From: Nannocystales bacterium
GTDB taxonomy: Bacteria > Myxococcota_A > Polyangia > Nannocystales > Nannocystaceae
Direction: 5' to 3'
Assembly: GCA_050633305.1 (NCBI GenBank)
Contig: JBOEGF010000010.1
Coordinates: 128,001-192,000 of the forward strand
DNA: 64,000 bases
Positions 36,037 through 44,389 of this stretch are shown here, piece after piece; within the stretch, counting starts at the first letter, position 1, and every line of letters starts with the position of its first letter. The translations under genes and the position numbers were made by a program. The notes under the pieces are model-generated. The model was given only the letters and a program-made list of their open reading frames with translations, was not told where the DNA came from and searched no databases.

Positions 36037-37242
36037 CTATTCAACGGAGGCCAGGCCAAGTCGGTCTTCGATCAAGCCCATGAACATCTTCAGCCCCAGG
36101 GGGATGATCGCGTCGTCGAAGTCGAAGTCGGGGTGGTGGCAGACGGGCGTCGTCAGCTCTTCGTTGCCGGTTCCCAAGAAGAAGTAGGCGCCCGGGATCG
36201 CCTGGGCCATGTATGCGAAGTCCTCACCACCAGCCATGGGTAGGTCGGCATCTGTGACCCGCTCGGGACCGACGATGGTTCGGGCGACGCGAGCGACCGA
36301 CTCGGCGCACCCGCTGTCGTTGACCAAGACCGGGTAGCCACGGCGGACCTCGAGTTCGGCTTCGACGCCGAGAGCGGCCGCGGTTCCCCGGACGACCTCT
36401 TCGAGGCGGGAGAACACCGTCTCGGTGACGGATTCCGAGAACGTCCGTACGGTGCCACCAAGCCGTGCTTCACTCGGGATGACGTTGTGGGCTGTGCCGC
36501 TATGAAGGGTGCAAACGCTGAGCACAGCGCCGCCATCCGACGAGATCCCGCGGGACACGACCGTCTGCAGCGCGTTGATCATGGCTGCGGCAGCCACGAT
36601 GGGGTCGCGGCACAGCTGCGGCTGACTTCCGTGCCCACCGACGCCTGTGAGCGTGATGTCGAACTCGGCCGTCGCGGCCATCATCGCCCCGGCGCGAACG
36701 CGGACCTGGCCGTGGGGATAGCCGGGCCAGTTGTGGAGCGCATAGACCTCTTGCACCCCTTCGAGCGCGCCCTCGGCCACCATCACCTTGGCTCCACCAC
36801 CGCGTACGCCTTCCTCGGCGGGCTGGAACAGCAGCCGAACGTTGGCGCTCAGCGAGTCTCGAACCTCGGAGAGCATCTTTGCGACGCCCATCAGGACTGC
36901 AGTGTGTCCATCGTGCCCGCACTTGTGGGCGCGACCGGCATGCACCGACTTGTAGGGGAGGTCGGTGTCCTCCTGCATTGGGAGGCAGTCCAGATCGGCC
37001 CGCAGGGCGAGTCTCGGCGCGCCGAGGTCCGGCCTCACATCCGCGATGAGTCCTGTCTCCGCGCTGACACGGGGCGCGTAGCCGAGTGCCTCGAGGTACG
37101 CTTTCACCTTGGCTTGCGTCCGGGTCTCTTCGAAACCGAGCTCGGGGTGTTGATGGATGTCGTGGCGAGCCTCGGTCAGCTCGGGTACCAGCGTCTCGAG
37201 CCGTTCATCGAGCGCTTGGGCGGAGAACAACACGTTGGACAC
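36037..37242 (-). CDS. M20D family amidohydrolase (hippurate/aminoacylase-like)
   Basis: HQHPELGFEE, LRADLDCLP, HKCGHDGH, FQPAEE, GGEDF, CHHP. GTG 37242 has TACCGT 6 nt upstream. Confidence 0.9.
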   Translation of the reverse strand: MSNVLFSAQALDERLETLVPELTEARHDIHQHPELGFEETRTQAKVKAYLEALGYAPRVSAETGLIADVRPDLGAPRLALRADLDCLPMQEDTDLPYKSVHAGRAHKCGHDGHTAVLMGVAKMLSEVRDSLSANVRLLFQPAEEGVRGGGAKVMVAEGALEGVQEVYALHNWPGYPHGQVRVRAGAMMAATAEFDITLTGVGGHGSQPQLCRDPIVAAAAMINALQTVVSRGISSDGGAVLSVCTLHSGTAHNVIPSEARLGGTVRTFSESVTETVFSRLEEVVRGTAAALGVEAELEVRRGYPVLVNDSGCAESVARVARTIVGPERVTDADLPMAGGEDFAYMAQAIPGAYFFLGTGNEELTTPVCHHPDFDFDDAIIPLGLKMFMGLIEDRLGLASVE

Positions 37243-37282
37243 CGCGAGACGGTATCGGCCCGCCTGGGCGGCCGCAAGGGCC

Positions 37283-37747
37283 CTAGCTGCAGCTGCAGCC
37301 CTTGATATCGCCGCCTCCGAGCGCGCCGGCGATGCCTGCTGCAAGCGGGTCAACCCACGACTTGAAGAAGCGTCCTTCGCTGTTGCAGCACGTCGTGCAG
37401 GCTTCGCTGGACGCCTTGGCTTTGTCGTCTTCCTGGCAGACGGCGGTCGCGTCCTTGGCACTGATTTGCTTGCTGAGGCACTCGCGATAGCCTTTCACGG
37501 CAGCCTCGATCCCCTTCTTGTCCTTCTTGCCCTCGCTCGACTCCCAATCGATGCTCGCCTTCCCCATCTCCGCCCAAGAGGTGAGGAACTTGCTGTGCTC
37601 GGCTTTGGCGCAGTCGGCATCTGCACACCCACACATCGCCTCTTCGTGACCTTTGAAGCTCTTGACGAGTTCGCTGTCACATCCGAGCAGGGGCAGAAAC
37701 GCGGACAGGAAGAGCAGGGGACGAAGGGTGGGGCGCATCGAGGACAT
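37283..37747 (-). CDS. Small Cys-rich helical lipoprotein
   Basis: LLGC lipobox; MCGCADADC, ECL, CTTCC; Lys-rich with typical codon use. Confidence 0.65.
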   Translation of the reverse strand: MSSMRPTLRPLLFLSAFLPLLGCDSELVKSFKGHEEAMCGCADADCAKAEHSKFLTSWAEMGKASIDWESSEGKKDKKGIEAAVKGYRECLSKQISAKDATAVCQEDDKAKASSEACTTCCNSEGRFFKSWVDPLAAGIAGALGGGDIKGCSCS

Positions 37748-37860
37748 GGTTTTTCTGCCGCCGGCACGGCGGTCACCCTAGGGTAACGGGCGGGGCCCCA
37801 CAGCTCCCTCACCCGAGGCGAGTCTTTTTCGCAAGGGGACGCCCGCAGGTACGTGGTCAC

Positions 37861-38280
37861 CTACAGACCGTCGGCGTGGTCCAGCCAAAAACGGAGCGTC
37901 GTCTCGATGCGAGCCTTGAACTCTTTGAAGTCCATCGGCTTCACCAGGTAGGCATTGGCGTGGTTCTCGAATGCACGGGCTCGGTCCTGTGCGGAGTTCG
38001 ACGTGGTGAGCATGACCGCCGGCGTCGCGCTGAGCGATGGCTCGCTCTTGATCTCCGCAAGCAGATCGAGACCACTCATGCCGGGAAGCTTCAGATCGAG
38101 CAGGATCAGCCGCGGGGCGGGGGAGCCCTCCTTCAAACGCCTCAGCGCGGACTCAGCCTCGCCGAATCGTTCGAGGACGAGCGCGGGGTAGGTCTGCTCC
38201 ATGAGGAACTCCACCAGCTCGGCGTGCTCGTCGTTGTCCTCGACAAGCACGACATGACGTTGGGTTGCTCGCTCAGCCAC
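37861..38280 (-). CDS. Single-domain response regulator (Rcp1-like)
   Basis: LVEDN, LLDLKLPGMSG, MLTTS, AYLVKP; overlaps the kinase stop codon. Confidence 0.9.
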   Translation of the reverse strand: MAERATQRHVVLVEDNDEHAELVEFLMEQTYPALVLERFGEAESALRRLKEGSPAPRLILLDLKLPGMSGLDLLAEIKSEPSLSATPAVMLTTSNSAQDRARAFENHANAYLVKPMDFKEFKARIETTLRFWLDHADGL

Positions 38281-40078
38281 TGGCTTCAAACTCGAGTACG
38301 AAAGTACACCCATTCCCGTCGCCGGATGACTCCAACTCGACCGTGCCTCCCGAGGTCTCCATTACACGTTGCACGATCGCGAGGCCAAGCCCGGTCCCTT
38401 CGCCCTCGACGGTGAGTCGGTTGAACAGGCCGAACACGCGCTTGTGGTGTGCGGGGGGAATGCCGGGGCCTCGGTCGGCGATGCAGAGTGCGACGCGACC
38501 GGGGGCGGCCTTACGGGCGGCGATCCGCACCTCGAACGGCCCTTCTTCGGGTCGTCCGTACTTGATCGCATTGGTCAGCAGGTTCTCGACAACCTGCCGG
38601 AACCGTGTGGGATTCATGCGCACCCTCGGCAGCTCGCCCTCGACGAGGACCTGGCAGCCTGCCTGGTCGAGCCTCGAGGACAGGTCCTCGACGGTACTTT
38701 CGACGGCCGCGGCGGCATCGATGTCTTCGCGCTCGGTATCGAGCCGGCCGACTCGGCTCAAGTCGAGTAGTTCGGCGATCAGCCGACTCATGCGTCTGTT
38801 GCTGCGCTCGAGGACGTCGAGTTTCGACATGGCTCGCTCGAGCTGACCTCCCGCCGCCATCTCTCGCATCATCCCGATGAAGCCCAGAGAGGTGACCAGC
38901 GGCGTCTTGAGGTCGTGCGAGACGGTGTAGACGAACTGTTCGAGTTCCTGGTTGGAGCGCTCCAGGTCTTTGCGGCTCGCTTGCACCTCGAGCCCCAGCT
39001 CACGCGACTTCTCGAGCAAGGATTCGGTGCGTTCGTTTGCACGTCTGAATGCATCTGCCGCCGCAGCCATCACACCGACCTCGTCTCCCCGATCAACGCC
39101 GGGCACCTGCGCGACGTGTTCTCCCTTTGCGAGCCGGTCGAGTGTCCGTGTGACGTCGGTCAGAGGCTGGGAGATGCTGCGCGCGACCAACCACGACAGG
39201 ACGAATGCCGCCGCGATCGCAAGCCCCGCGCCGACCAGCGTTCGGCGGCGGACGGAGTCCGCGAGCGTCTCCATGCCATCGACGATCTGGGGAACGTCGG
39301 CGAGTGCGACGCTGCGCAGCCGCTCGGAGAGGTGGGTGAACTCCCACGCCTCGCCCGCCATGACGACGCCGACGAGGTAGAGGTAGCCGCGGGTTGCTTG
39401 GACAATGCGGGTGAACGTCCGCGAGTAGTCCTCGAGGAGTCGCACGAAGGCTCGTTCCTGGTCGGTCTCCGCCAGAGCGCCCATCTGCCGGGTCAGCTCG
39501 ACGCTGTCGGTCAACAGGGCGTAGTCCGGTTCGTAGAGGTATTGGTACAGGTTGCTGCGGACCAGTCGGCTACTCGTTCGGATCTGCCCCCAACGGCTGT
39601 CGTCGGTGACGCTCGTCTGCCCTTCGGCGAAAGCCTCCAGCCGAGCGTCGAGCTTGGGGAGCTCCGTGCGGACGAGCTCGTATCGAACGCGCCGCTCATC
39701 GACAGCGGTCTCGAGCGAGCCTTCGTAGTTCTTCAGCGACGTCCGCATGCGCTCGACGAGGTTGATGCTGTCCTCGCCTGCTTCAATCGCGTCGGAGGTG
39801 TCGAACCGCTCCCGCAAGGAGGTGATCCGCTGCTTGGCATCCGTTGCGAGACTTTCATGCCCCGTGGAGGCGAACAGCTGGACGCTGCGTTGCAGCTCCG
39901 CGACCTCGGTGCCCAACTCGAGGATCGCGAACGTGCGCTCGTTGAGTTCTCTGAACCGCCGAGCGTTGTCCCGCGCTTGCCCTGCGGACCCAATCCCCAT
40001 CGCCGCAAGTGCGATCGCGACAGCCACGATGACAGCGAAGCCCAGGTAGATCCGCTGGGCGATGGACATCCGAGTCAT
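38273..40078 (-). CDS. Sensor histidine kinase (TM, periplasmic helical domain, TM, HAMP, HisKA, HATPase)
   Basis: RGDEVG, SHDLKTPL, NLLTNAIKY, DRGPG, GTGLGL; ATGA overlap with the SBP stop codon. Confidence 0.93.
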   Translation of the reverse strand: MTRMSIAQRIYLGFAVIVAVAIALAAMGIGSAGQARDNARRFRELNERTFAILELGTEVAELQRSVQLFASTGHESLATDAKQRITSLRERFDTSDAIEAGEDSINLVERMRTSLKNYEGSLETAVDERRVRYELVRTELPKLDARLEAFAEGQTSVTDDSRWGQIRTSSRLVRSNLYQYLYEPDYALLTDSVELTRQMGALAETDQERAFVRLLEDYSRTFTRIVQATRGYLYLVGVVMAGEAWEFTHLSERLRSVALADVPQIVDGMETLADSVRRRTLVGAGLAIAAAFVLSWLVARSISQPLTDVTRTLDRLAKGEHVAQVPGVDRGDEVGVMAAAADAFRRANERTESLLEKSRELGLEVQASRKDLERSNQELEQFVYTVSHDLKTPLVTSLGFIGMMREMAAGGQLERAMSKLDVLERSNRRMSRLIAELLDLSRVGRLDTEREDIDAAAAVESTVEDLSSRLDQAGCQVLVEGELPRVRMNPTRFRQVVENLLTNAIKYGRPEEGPFEVRIAARKAAPGRVALCIADRGPGIPPAHHKRVFGLFNRLTVEGEGTGLGLAIVQRVMETSGGTVELESSGDGNGCTFVLEFEASG

Positions 40079-41364
40079 GCGAGCAGGAACTCGTTCCACT
40101 TGATCAGGCTGTACTCGTACGTCGGCATCACCGTGTTCCAGACGGCGATGTGGGAGAATCGTTCCTCATACGAACCACCACGGCGTCGCTCCCCGACTGC
40201 CACGGCCACCTCGCCGCTGGTGTTCTTGAGACTGCTCGAGGCCGGCTTACCCCCGTACCAATAGTCCCACTCGGCGGGACTGAGGTATTCACGCGAGCGC
40301 TCCGAGGTGGAGATGTAGTACCCCTGCCGGGCGATGAACGCGCCTGGCCAGCCCGACAGCCACCAGTTCATGAACTCGTAGGCCATGTCGACTGCGGGAC
40401 CCTTGGAGGCGGATGACAGACACATCACGCCGTGCCAAGCGCGATAGCCTTCCTTTGGGGCCGCGTAAATGCATCGGGTGCCCATGCCCCGCAATGCGGC
40501 GACGCCCGGGGAGAACATGCTCTGCACAGCGACGCCGTCGGTGTGCATGTACTCCACGGACTGGGGAACGGAACTCCAAACGCCGCGGAAGTGGCCGCGG
40601 CGTTTGAGTGCGATGAGATGTCGCGTGAGCCGGTCGAGTTCGCTCCGTGTCATCGCGCCGATGTCCCTGAATTTCATCAGACCGCTGGCTTCAGCGGCGA
40701 GGGCGGCATCGAAGAGCCCGATCGTCGGCGCGTTGACAAGCGCGACGCGGCCACGATGACGCTCGTCGAAGAGCCAACCCCAGCTCTCGGACTCGTAGGG
40801 CGACCCCTCATTGATCACGCCCGCGTCGTAGCCGAAGGAGTCGGCGTTGTGCACGTAGGGCAAGAAGCTGATGGTCTCGCTCGTCTCGGACCCGAGGGTG
40901 CTGTCGGGCTGGACATGAAGGAGTTTGTGGGGGGCGTCTCCGTGTCCGATGGGTGCGTTGGGGGTCAGCCTGCCGGTTCGAGTGAGTCCGTTGACCTGGT
41001 CCCAGTGCCGGAGTCGAGACTTGTCGATGCCTGTAATCGAGCCCGCCTGCCACAGGACCCGGATCGAGTTGGACCACTGCTCGTAGAGGTCAAACGTGTC
41101 GGGCTGGGTGGACGCCTGATGAAGTACGGATGCACTTCCGCCCGGGGAGAACTCGATACCGAAACCGAGGTCGGCTTCGGCGCGCTGCCGCAGGGGTTCT
41201 TGCAGCGTGACATGGGTCCCGAGGACACGAATCCGGCGGTTCTTGGGAAGGTACAGCGTGGGCGCTCGCGGGGTGCCGGGCGCAGAAACTGCCGTTCCCG
41301 AGACCAAGGCCGCCGCCGCGCCTAGGATGACCTCTCGTCGCCGGGGTAGGGACCGCTTCGCCAC
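40075..41364 (-). CDS. Tat-exported extracellular solute-binding protein (PotD/PotF-like)
   Basis: RRREVILG Tat-like signal; SWGWLFDE, PKEGYRAW, AYEFMNWWLS. GTG 41364 has TGGTACCGT 8 nt upstream. Confidence 0.8.
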   Translation of the reverse strand: MAKRSLPRRREVILGAAAALVSGTAVSAPGTPRAPTLYLPKNRRIRVLGTHVTLQEPLRQRAEADLGFGIEFSPGGSASVLHQASTQPDTFDLYEQWSNSIRVLWQAGSITGIDKSRLRHWDQVNGLTRTGRLTPNAPIGHGDAPHKLLHVQPDSTLGSETSETISFLPYVHNADSFGYDAGVINEGSPYESESWGWLFDERHRGRVALVNAPTIGLFDAALAAEASGLMKFRDIGAMTRSELDRLTRHLIALKRRGHFRGVWSSVPQSVEYMHTDGVAVQSMFSPGVAALRGMGTRCIYAAPKEGYRAWHGVMCLSSASKGPAVDMAYEFMNWWLSGWPGAFIARQGYYISTSERSREYLSPAEWDYWYGGKPASSSLKNTSGEVAVAVGERRRGGSYEERFSHIAVWNTVMPTYEYSLIKWNEFLLA

Positions 41365-41466
41365 CGTTGTCGACGGTACCAGTCCGGGGGCCTCGTATAG
41401 TGGCCTGAAGGAGGCCGTCCTTTGCCCTGTCGAGCCCCTAGGGGGCGGCTGTATAGTGGCTCTGGC

Positions 41467-42552
41467 GTGTCGTTCGAAACCCCCGTTCGCGTGTTCTTGG
41501 TCGAGGATGACCTCGACTTCGCAGAACTGATCGGGCACGCGGCCGAGATGCGCCCTGACTGGACGTTGATCGGGCACGCCACTTCGCTCGAGTCCGCGAT
41601 CTCCGAGATCGGGTCAACGCAGCCGGATGTGGTCTTGCTCGACCTGAAGCTTCCCGACTCGGATGGGACCGGTACAGTCGAAGCGATCGTCGATCGATTT
41701 CACCCGCTGGCGATCGTTGTCCTCACATCTCTCGACGCCACCGAGGCCTACAGCTCCGCGCTCCGGGCGGGGGCGCAAGACTACTTGGACAAGGCTGAAG
41801 CCACCCCGGCTGTGTTGTCTCGAACCGTTCGCTACGCACGTGAACGGGCAAGCTACGCCGCGACGATCGCCAAGCAGCAGAAGGAAATCGCGGATTTTGC
41901 GACGCATGCGGCACACGACCTCTCGGCACCCCTTCGTTCGATGCGAGGGTTTGCAGAACTTCTCGACGAAGAACTCCAGGGGCGGCTCCAAGGAGATGAA
42001 CAGGAGTTTCTTGGCCACATCGTCTCGAGCGCGAAACGTCTGCAAGGTCTGATCTCCGACCTCATGGAGTACGCCCGAGCGGGCCACGGGGAAGAGTCTG
42101 CACCTGTCGACCTTGCCGAGGTGGTGGAGCATGTGCTCGGCGAACTCGGCACGGTGCTCCACGAGACCGGCACGAAGGTGGTGGTGAGCGAACTCCCGAT
42201 CGTCTTTGGTCAAGCGAGCGCGCTGCGCCAAGCGCTGCGGAACCTCATCGCCAACGCCATCAAGTTCAGCGGGGATGAGAAGCCTCGGGTCGAGATCCGT
42301 GGTCGAGTGGAGGCGGACCACCATGTGGTCGAGGTTCGCGACAACGGGATCGGAATCGAGGCGCGGTTCCTCGAGAAGATTCTGCAACCGTTTTCACGTC
42401 TTCACGGACAATCCGAGTACCCGGGGAGCGGCCTCGGCTTGGCCGTCGTCGACCGAATCGTGCAGCGCCACTCCGGCCGGATGCGTGTGGAGTCTGAGGT
42501 GGGCGTGGGGTCGGTCTTCATGATCGAGCTCCCCTGCGAGCTCTCAGGCTGA
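41467..42552 (+). CDS. Receiver-histidine kinase hybrid (REC-HisKA-HATPase)
   Basis: LVEDD, LLDLKLPD, AHDLSAPL, NLIANAIKF, DNGIG, GSGLGL; TATAGT 9 nt upstream of GTG 41467. Confidence 0.92.
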   Translation: MSFETPVRVFLVEDDLDFAELIGHAAEMRPDWTLIGHATSLESAISEIGSTQPDVVLLDLKLPDSDGTGTVEAIVDRFHPLAIVVLTSLDATEAYSSALRAGAQDYLDKAEATPAVLSRTVRYARERASYAATIAKQQKEIADFATHAAHDLSAPLRSMRGFAELLDEELQGRLQGDEQEFLGHIVSSAKRLQGLISDLMEYARAGHGEESAPVDLAEVVEHVLGELGTVLHETGTKVVVSELPIVFGQASALRQALRNLIANAIKFSGDEKPRVEIRGRVEADHHVVEVRDNGIGIEARFLEKILQPFSRLHGQSEYPGSGLGLAVVDRIVQRHSGRMRVESEVGVGSVFMIELPCELSG

Positions 42553-42675
42553 CCTTGCGAGCGTCACCGACCGCCTTGGACCTAGCGGCGTGGCCGCCGT
42601 GGCGAAAAAAGGAAGATAAAGACGCAATCGATCCTCCGACTCGTGCCTCCAAGCCCGGCGTTCGAGGACGATTCA

Positions 42676-43749
42676 ATGCTCTTCACTTTCACCCCCCGCC
42701 ACGGCGCACTCGCGCTCATCCTCTCCCTTGGCACGGTCGGTCCCGGCTGCAACATGTTTGCGAACATGACCGCGAAGGTCCGTGGAACCGCAAACGCCGT
42801 CGGGAAACGCAACGTCACTTTTCAACGCCCAGTTCCCGCCGAGAAGGAACTCGAAGGCATCGAACGCATCGCGCTCGTCGAGCTGCAGGGCGATGAGGCG
42901 GCCGCAGAGCTGCTGCGTAGCCGGCTGGCAAGCCTGGTCTCCGATGGACAACGGTTCGAGCTGATCGAGGCGGCGTCCAAGCAGGAAGCGAAGGAGTCGG
43001 GTGCCGAGGCGCTCGCCGTCGTCGGAGGCAAGATCGTACGCGCCGAGTACGGTGAGCAGACGGACTCTCAGAAAGCTACGTGCAACGGTGACCCATGCAC
43101 GATTACCGTGCGTACGGGCACCGCCAACGTTGCGGTCGACTTCAAGGTGATCGACGTGAGGAGTGGCAAAGTCTTGCTGCGAAAGACCCTCGAAGACACC
43201 GTCGAAGAGAAAACCAGTGGGCAAGGAACACCGCCCGCCATCGACGGGTCGGCGCTTCAAGATCAGCTGCTCGCATCAGTCGCGGAGTCTTTCCACGCGC
43301 AGATCAGTCCTCACGGCGTCTCAGAGCAGGTCTTCTTCGAGTCCGACAACAAGGCCAAGGCGTTGAAAACGGGCGCCAATCGCGCGATGAGCGGTGATCT
43401 CGAAGGTGCGATCGCTTCGTTCGAAGAGGGCCTCCAACAGGCGAAGGCCAAGAGCGATACCAAGGCGATCGCGAAAGCCCAGTTCAACCTCGGCATTGCG
43501 TTGGTGATCGCGGGCGACTACGACAAGGGCATCGAGCGCCTGGAGACGGCGCAGGCCGGTGCCGACAAGACCGCGTGGCGGGAGCTGTTGCTCGCCTCCC
43601 GGAAGTGGCAGGAAGATGCGGAAGCCGCTCACGAACAGTGGGAGTCGGGCCCGGTGGATGCGTTTGCGTTCTCTCCCGATCTCAAGCCGGCGGAGGACAA
43701 GCTCGGCGGCACGGCACTGGGTCTCGCCGGGGTGAAGGTTACGAAATAG
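42676..43749 (+). CDS. Lipoprotein with CsgG/TolB-N-like domain and TPR
   Basis: GPGC lipobox; RIALVEL, VDFKVIDVRSGKVL; TPR AQFNLGIAL; GAGGA SD. Confidence 0.7.
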   Translation: MLFTFTPRHGALALILSLGTVGPGCNMFANMTAKVRGTANAVGKRNVTFQRPVPAEKELEGIERIALVELQGDEAAAELLRSRLASLVSDGQRFELIEAASKQEAKESGAEALAVVGGKIVRAEYGEQTDSQKATCNGDPCTITVRTGTANVAVDFKVIDVRSGKVLLRKTLEDTVEEKTSGQGTPPAIDGSALQDQLLASVAESFHAQISPHGVSEQVFFESDNKAKALKTGANRAMSGDLEGAIASFEEGLQQAKAKSDTKAIAKAQFNLGIALVIAGDYDKGIERLETAQAGADKTAWRELLLASRKWQEDAEAAHEQWESGPVDAFAFSPDLKPAEDKLGGTALGLAGVKVTK

Positions 43750-44368
43750 GGGGGCTGCGGCCGATGTGGCCCCGCAAGGACTCCGCCCAAACTGCAAGAT
43801 CGTCGAGCGTGGCCGGGGCCATTCGGTGGTCGGTGGCCGCCCGCTCGACGGCCGTGCGAAGAAGCTCTTTTGCGCGTCGTAGCCGAGTGCGGATGGTGCC
43901 CTCGGGCAGCTCGAGAACCCGGGCCAACGCCGGTCCGGGAAGCTTCTCCCAGTAGTGCAACTCCAAGAGCACCTGGTGGTCGAAGGGAATGCTGCGCAGA
44001 CCGGCGAGCAGGAGCCGGTCCTGCTCCGCGCCGATCAACAACCGGCTGGGTGAGTCCGCGAGGTCGGCGATGGACATCGAGCCGGGATCGACCTCTTCGA
44101 CACGGCGTTTGCGGTAGTGTCCAATCGCTACGCGCCGGGCAACCGCATAGACGTAGGTGGAAAACTGCGCGTCTCCGCGAAACTGCTCCTGTTTCTCGAC
44201 GCATTGAAGCAGCGTTTGTTGAATGAGCTCGCCAACCAGATCTTCGGGCACCTTGGTGCGAAAGAACCGAAACAGCGGCCCAAACTGCATTCGAAGCAGT
44301 TCGTTGCCCGCTTTGGCATCTCCGGCGCGCCACGCCTCGAGCAGCGCAAACTCGTCTGGCCCACTCAA
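43739..44368 (-). CDS. ECF sigma factor, paralog of 25999-26607
   Basis: Only the last ~209 aa of the 650-aa ORF look real: LLEAWRAGD, FRFFRTK, LELHYWEKL, GTIRTRLRRAK. TTG 44368 has TGCTATCCT 8 nt upstream. Confidence 0.85.
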   Translation of the reverse strand: MSGPDEFALLEAWRAGDAKAGNELLRMQFGPLFRFFRTKVPEDLVGELIQQTLLQCVEKQEQFRGDAQFSTYVYAVARRVAIGHYRKRRVEEVDPGSMSIADLADSPSRLLIGAEQDRLLLAGLRSIPFDHQVLLELHYWEKLPGPALARVLELPEGTIRTRLRRAKELLRTAVERAATDHRMAPATLDDLAVWAESLRGHIGRSPPIS

Positions 44369-44389
44369 CGTACGCGAGGATAGCAGCCT

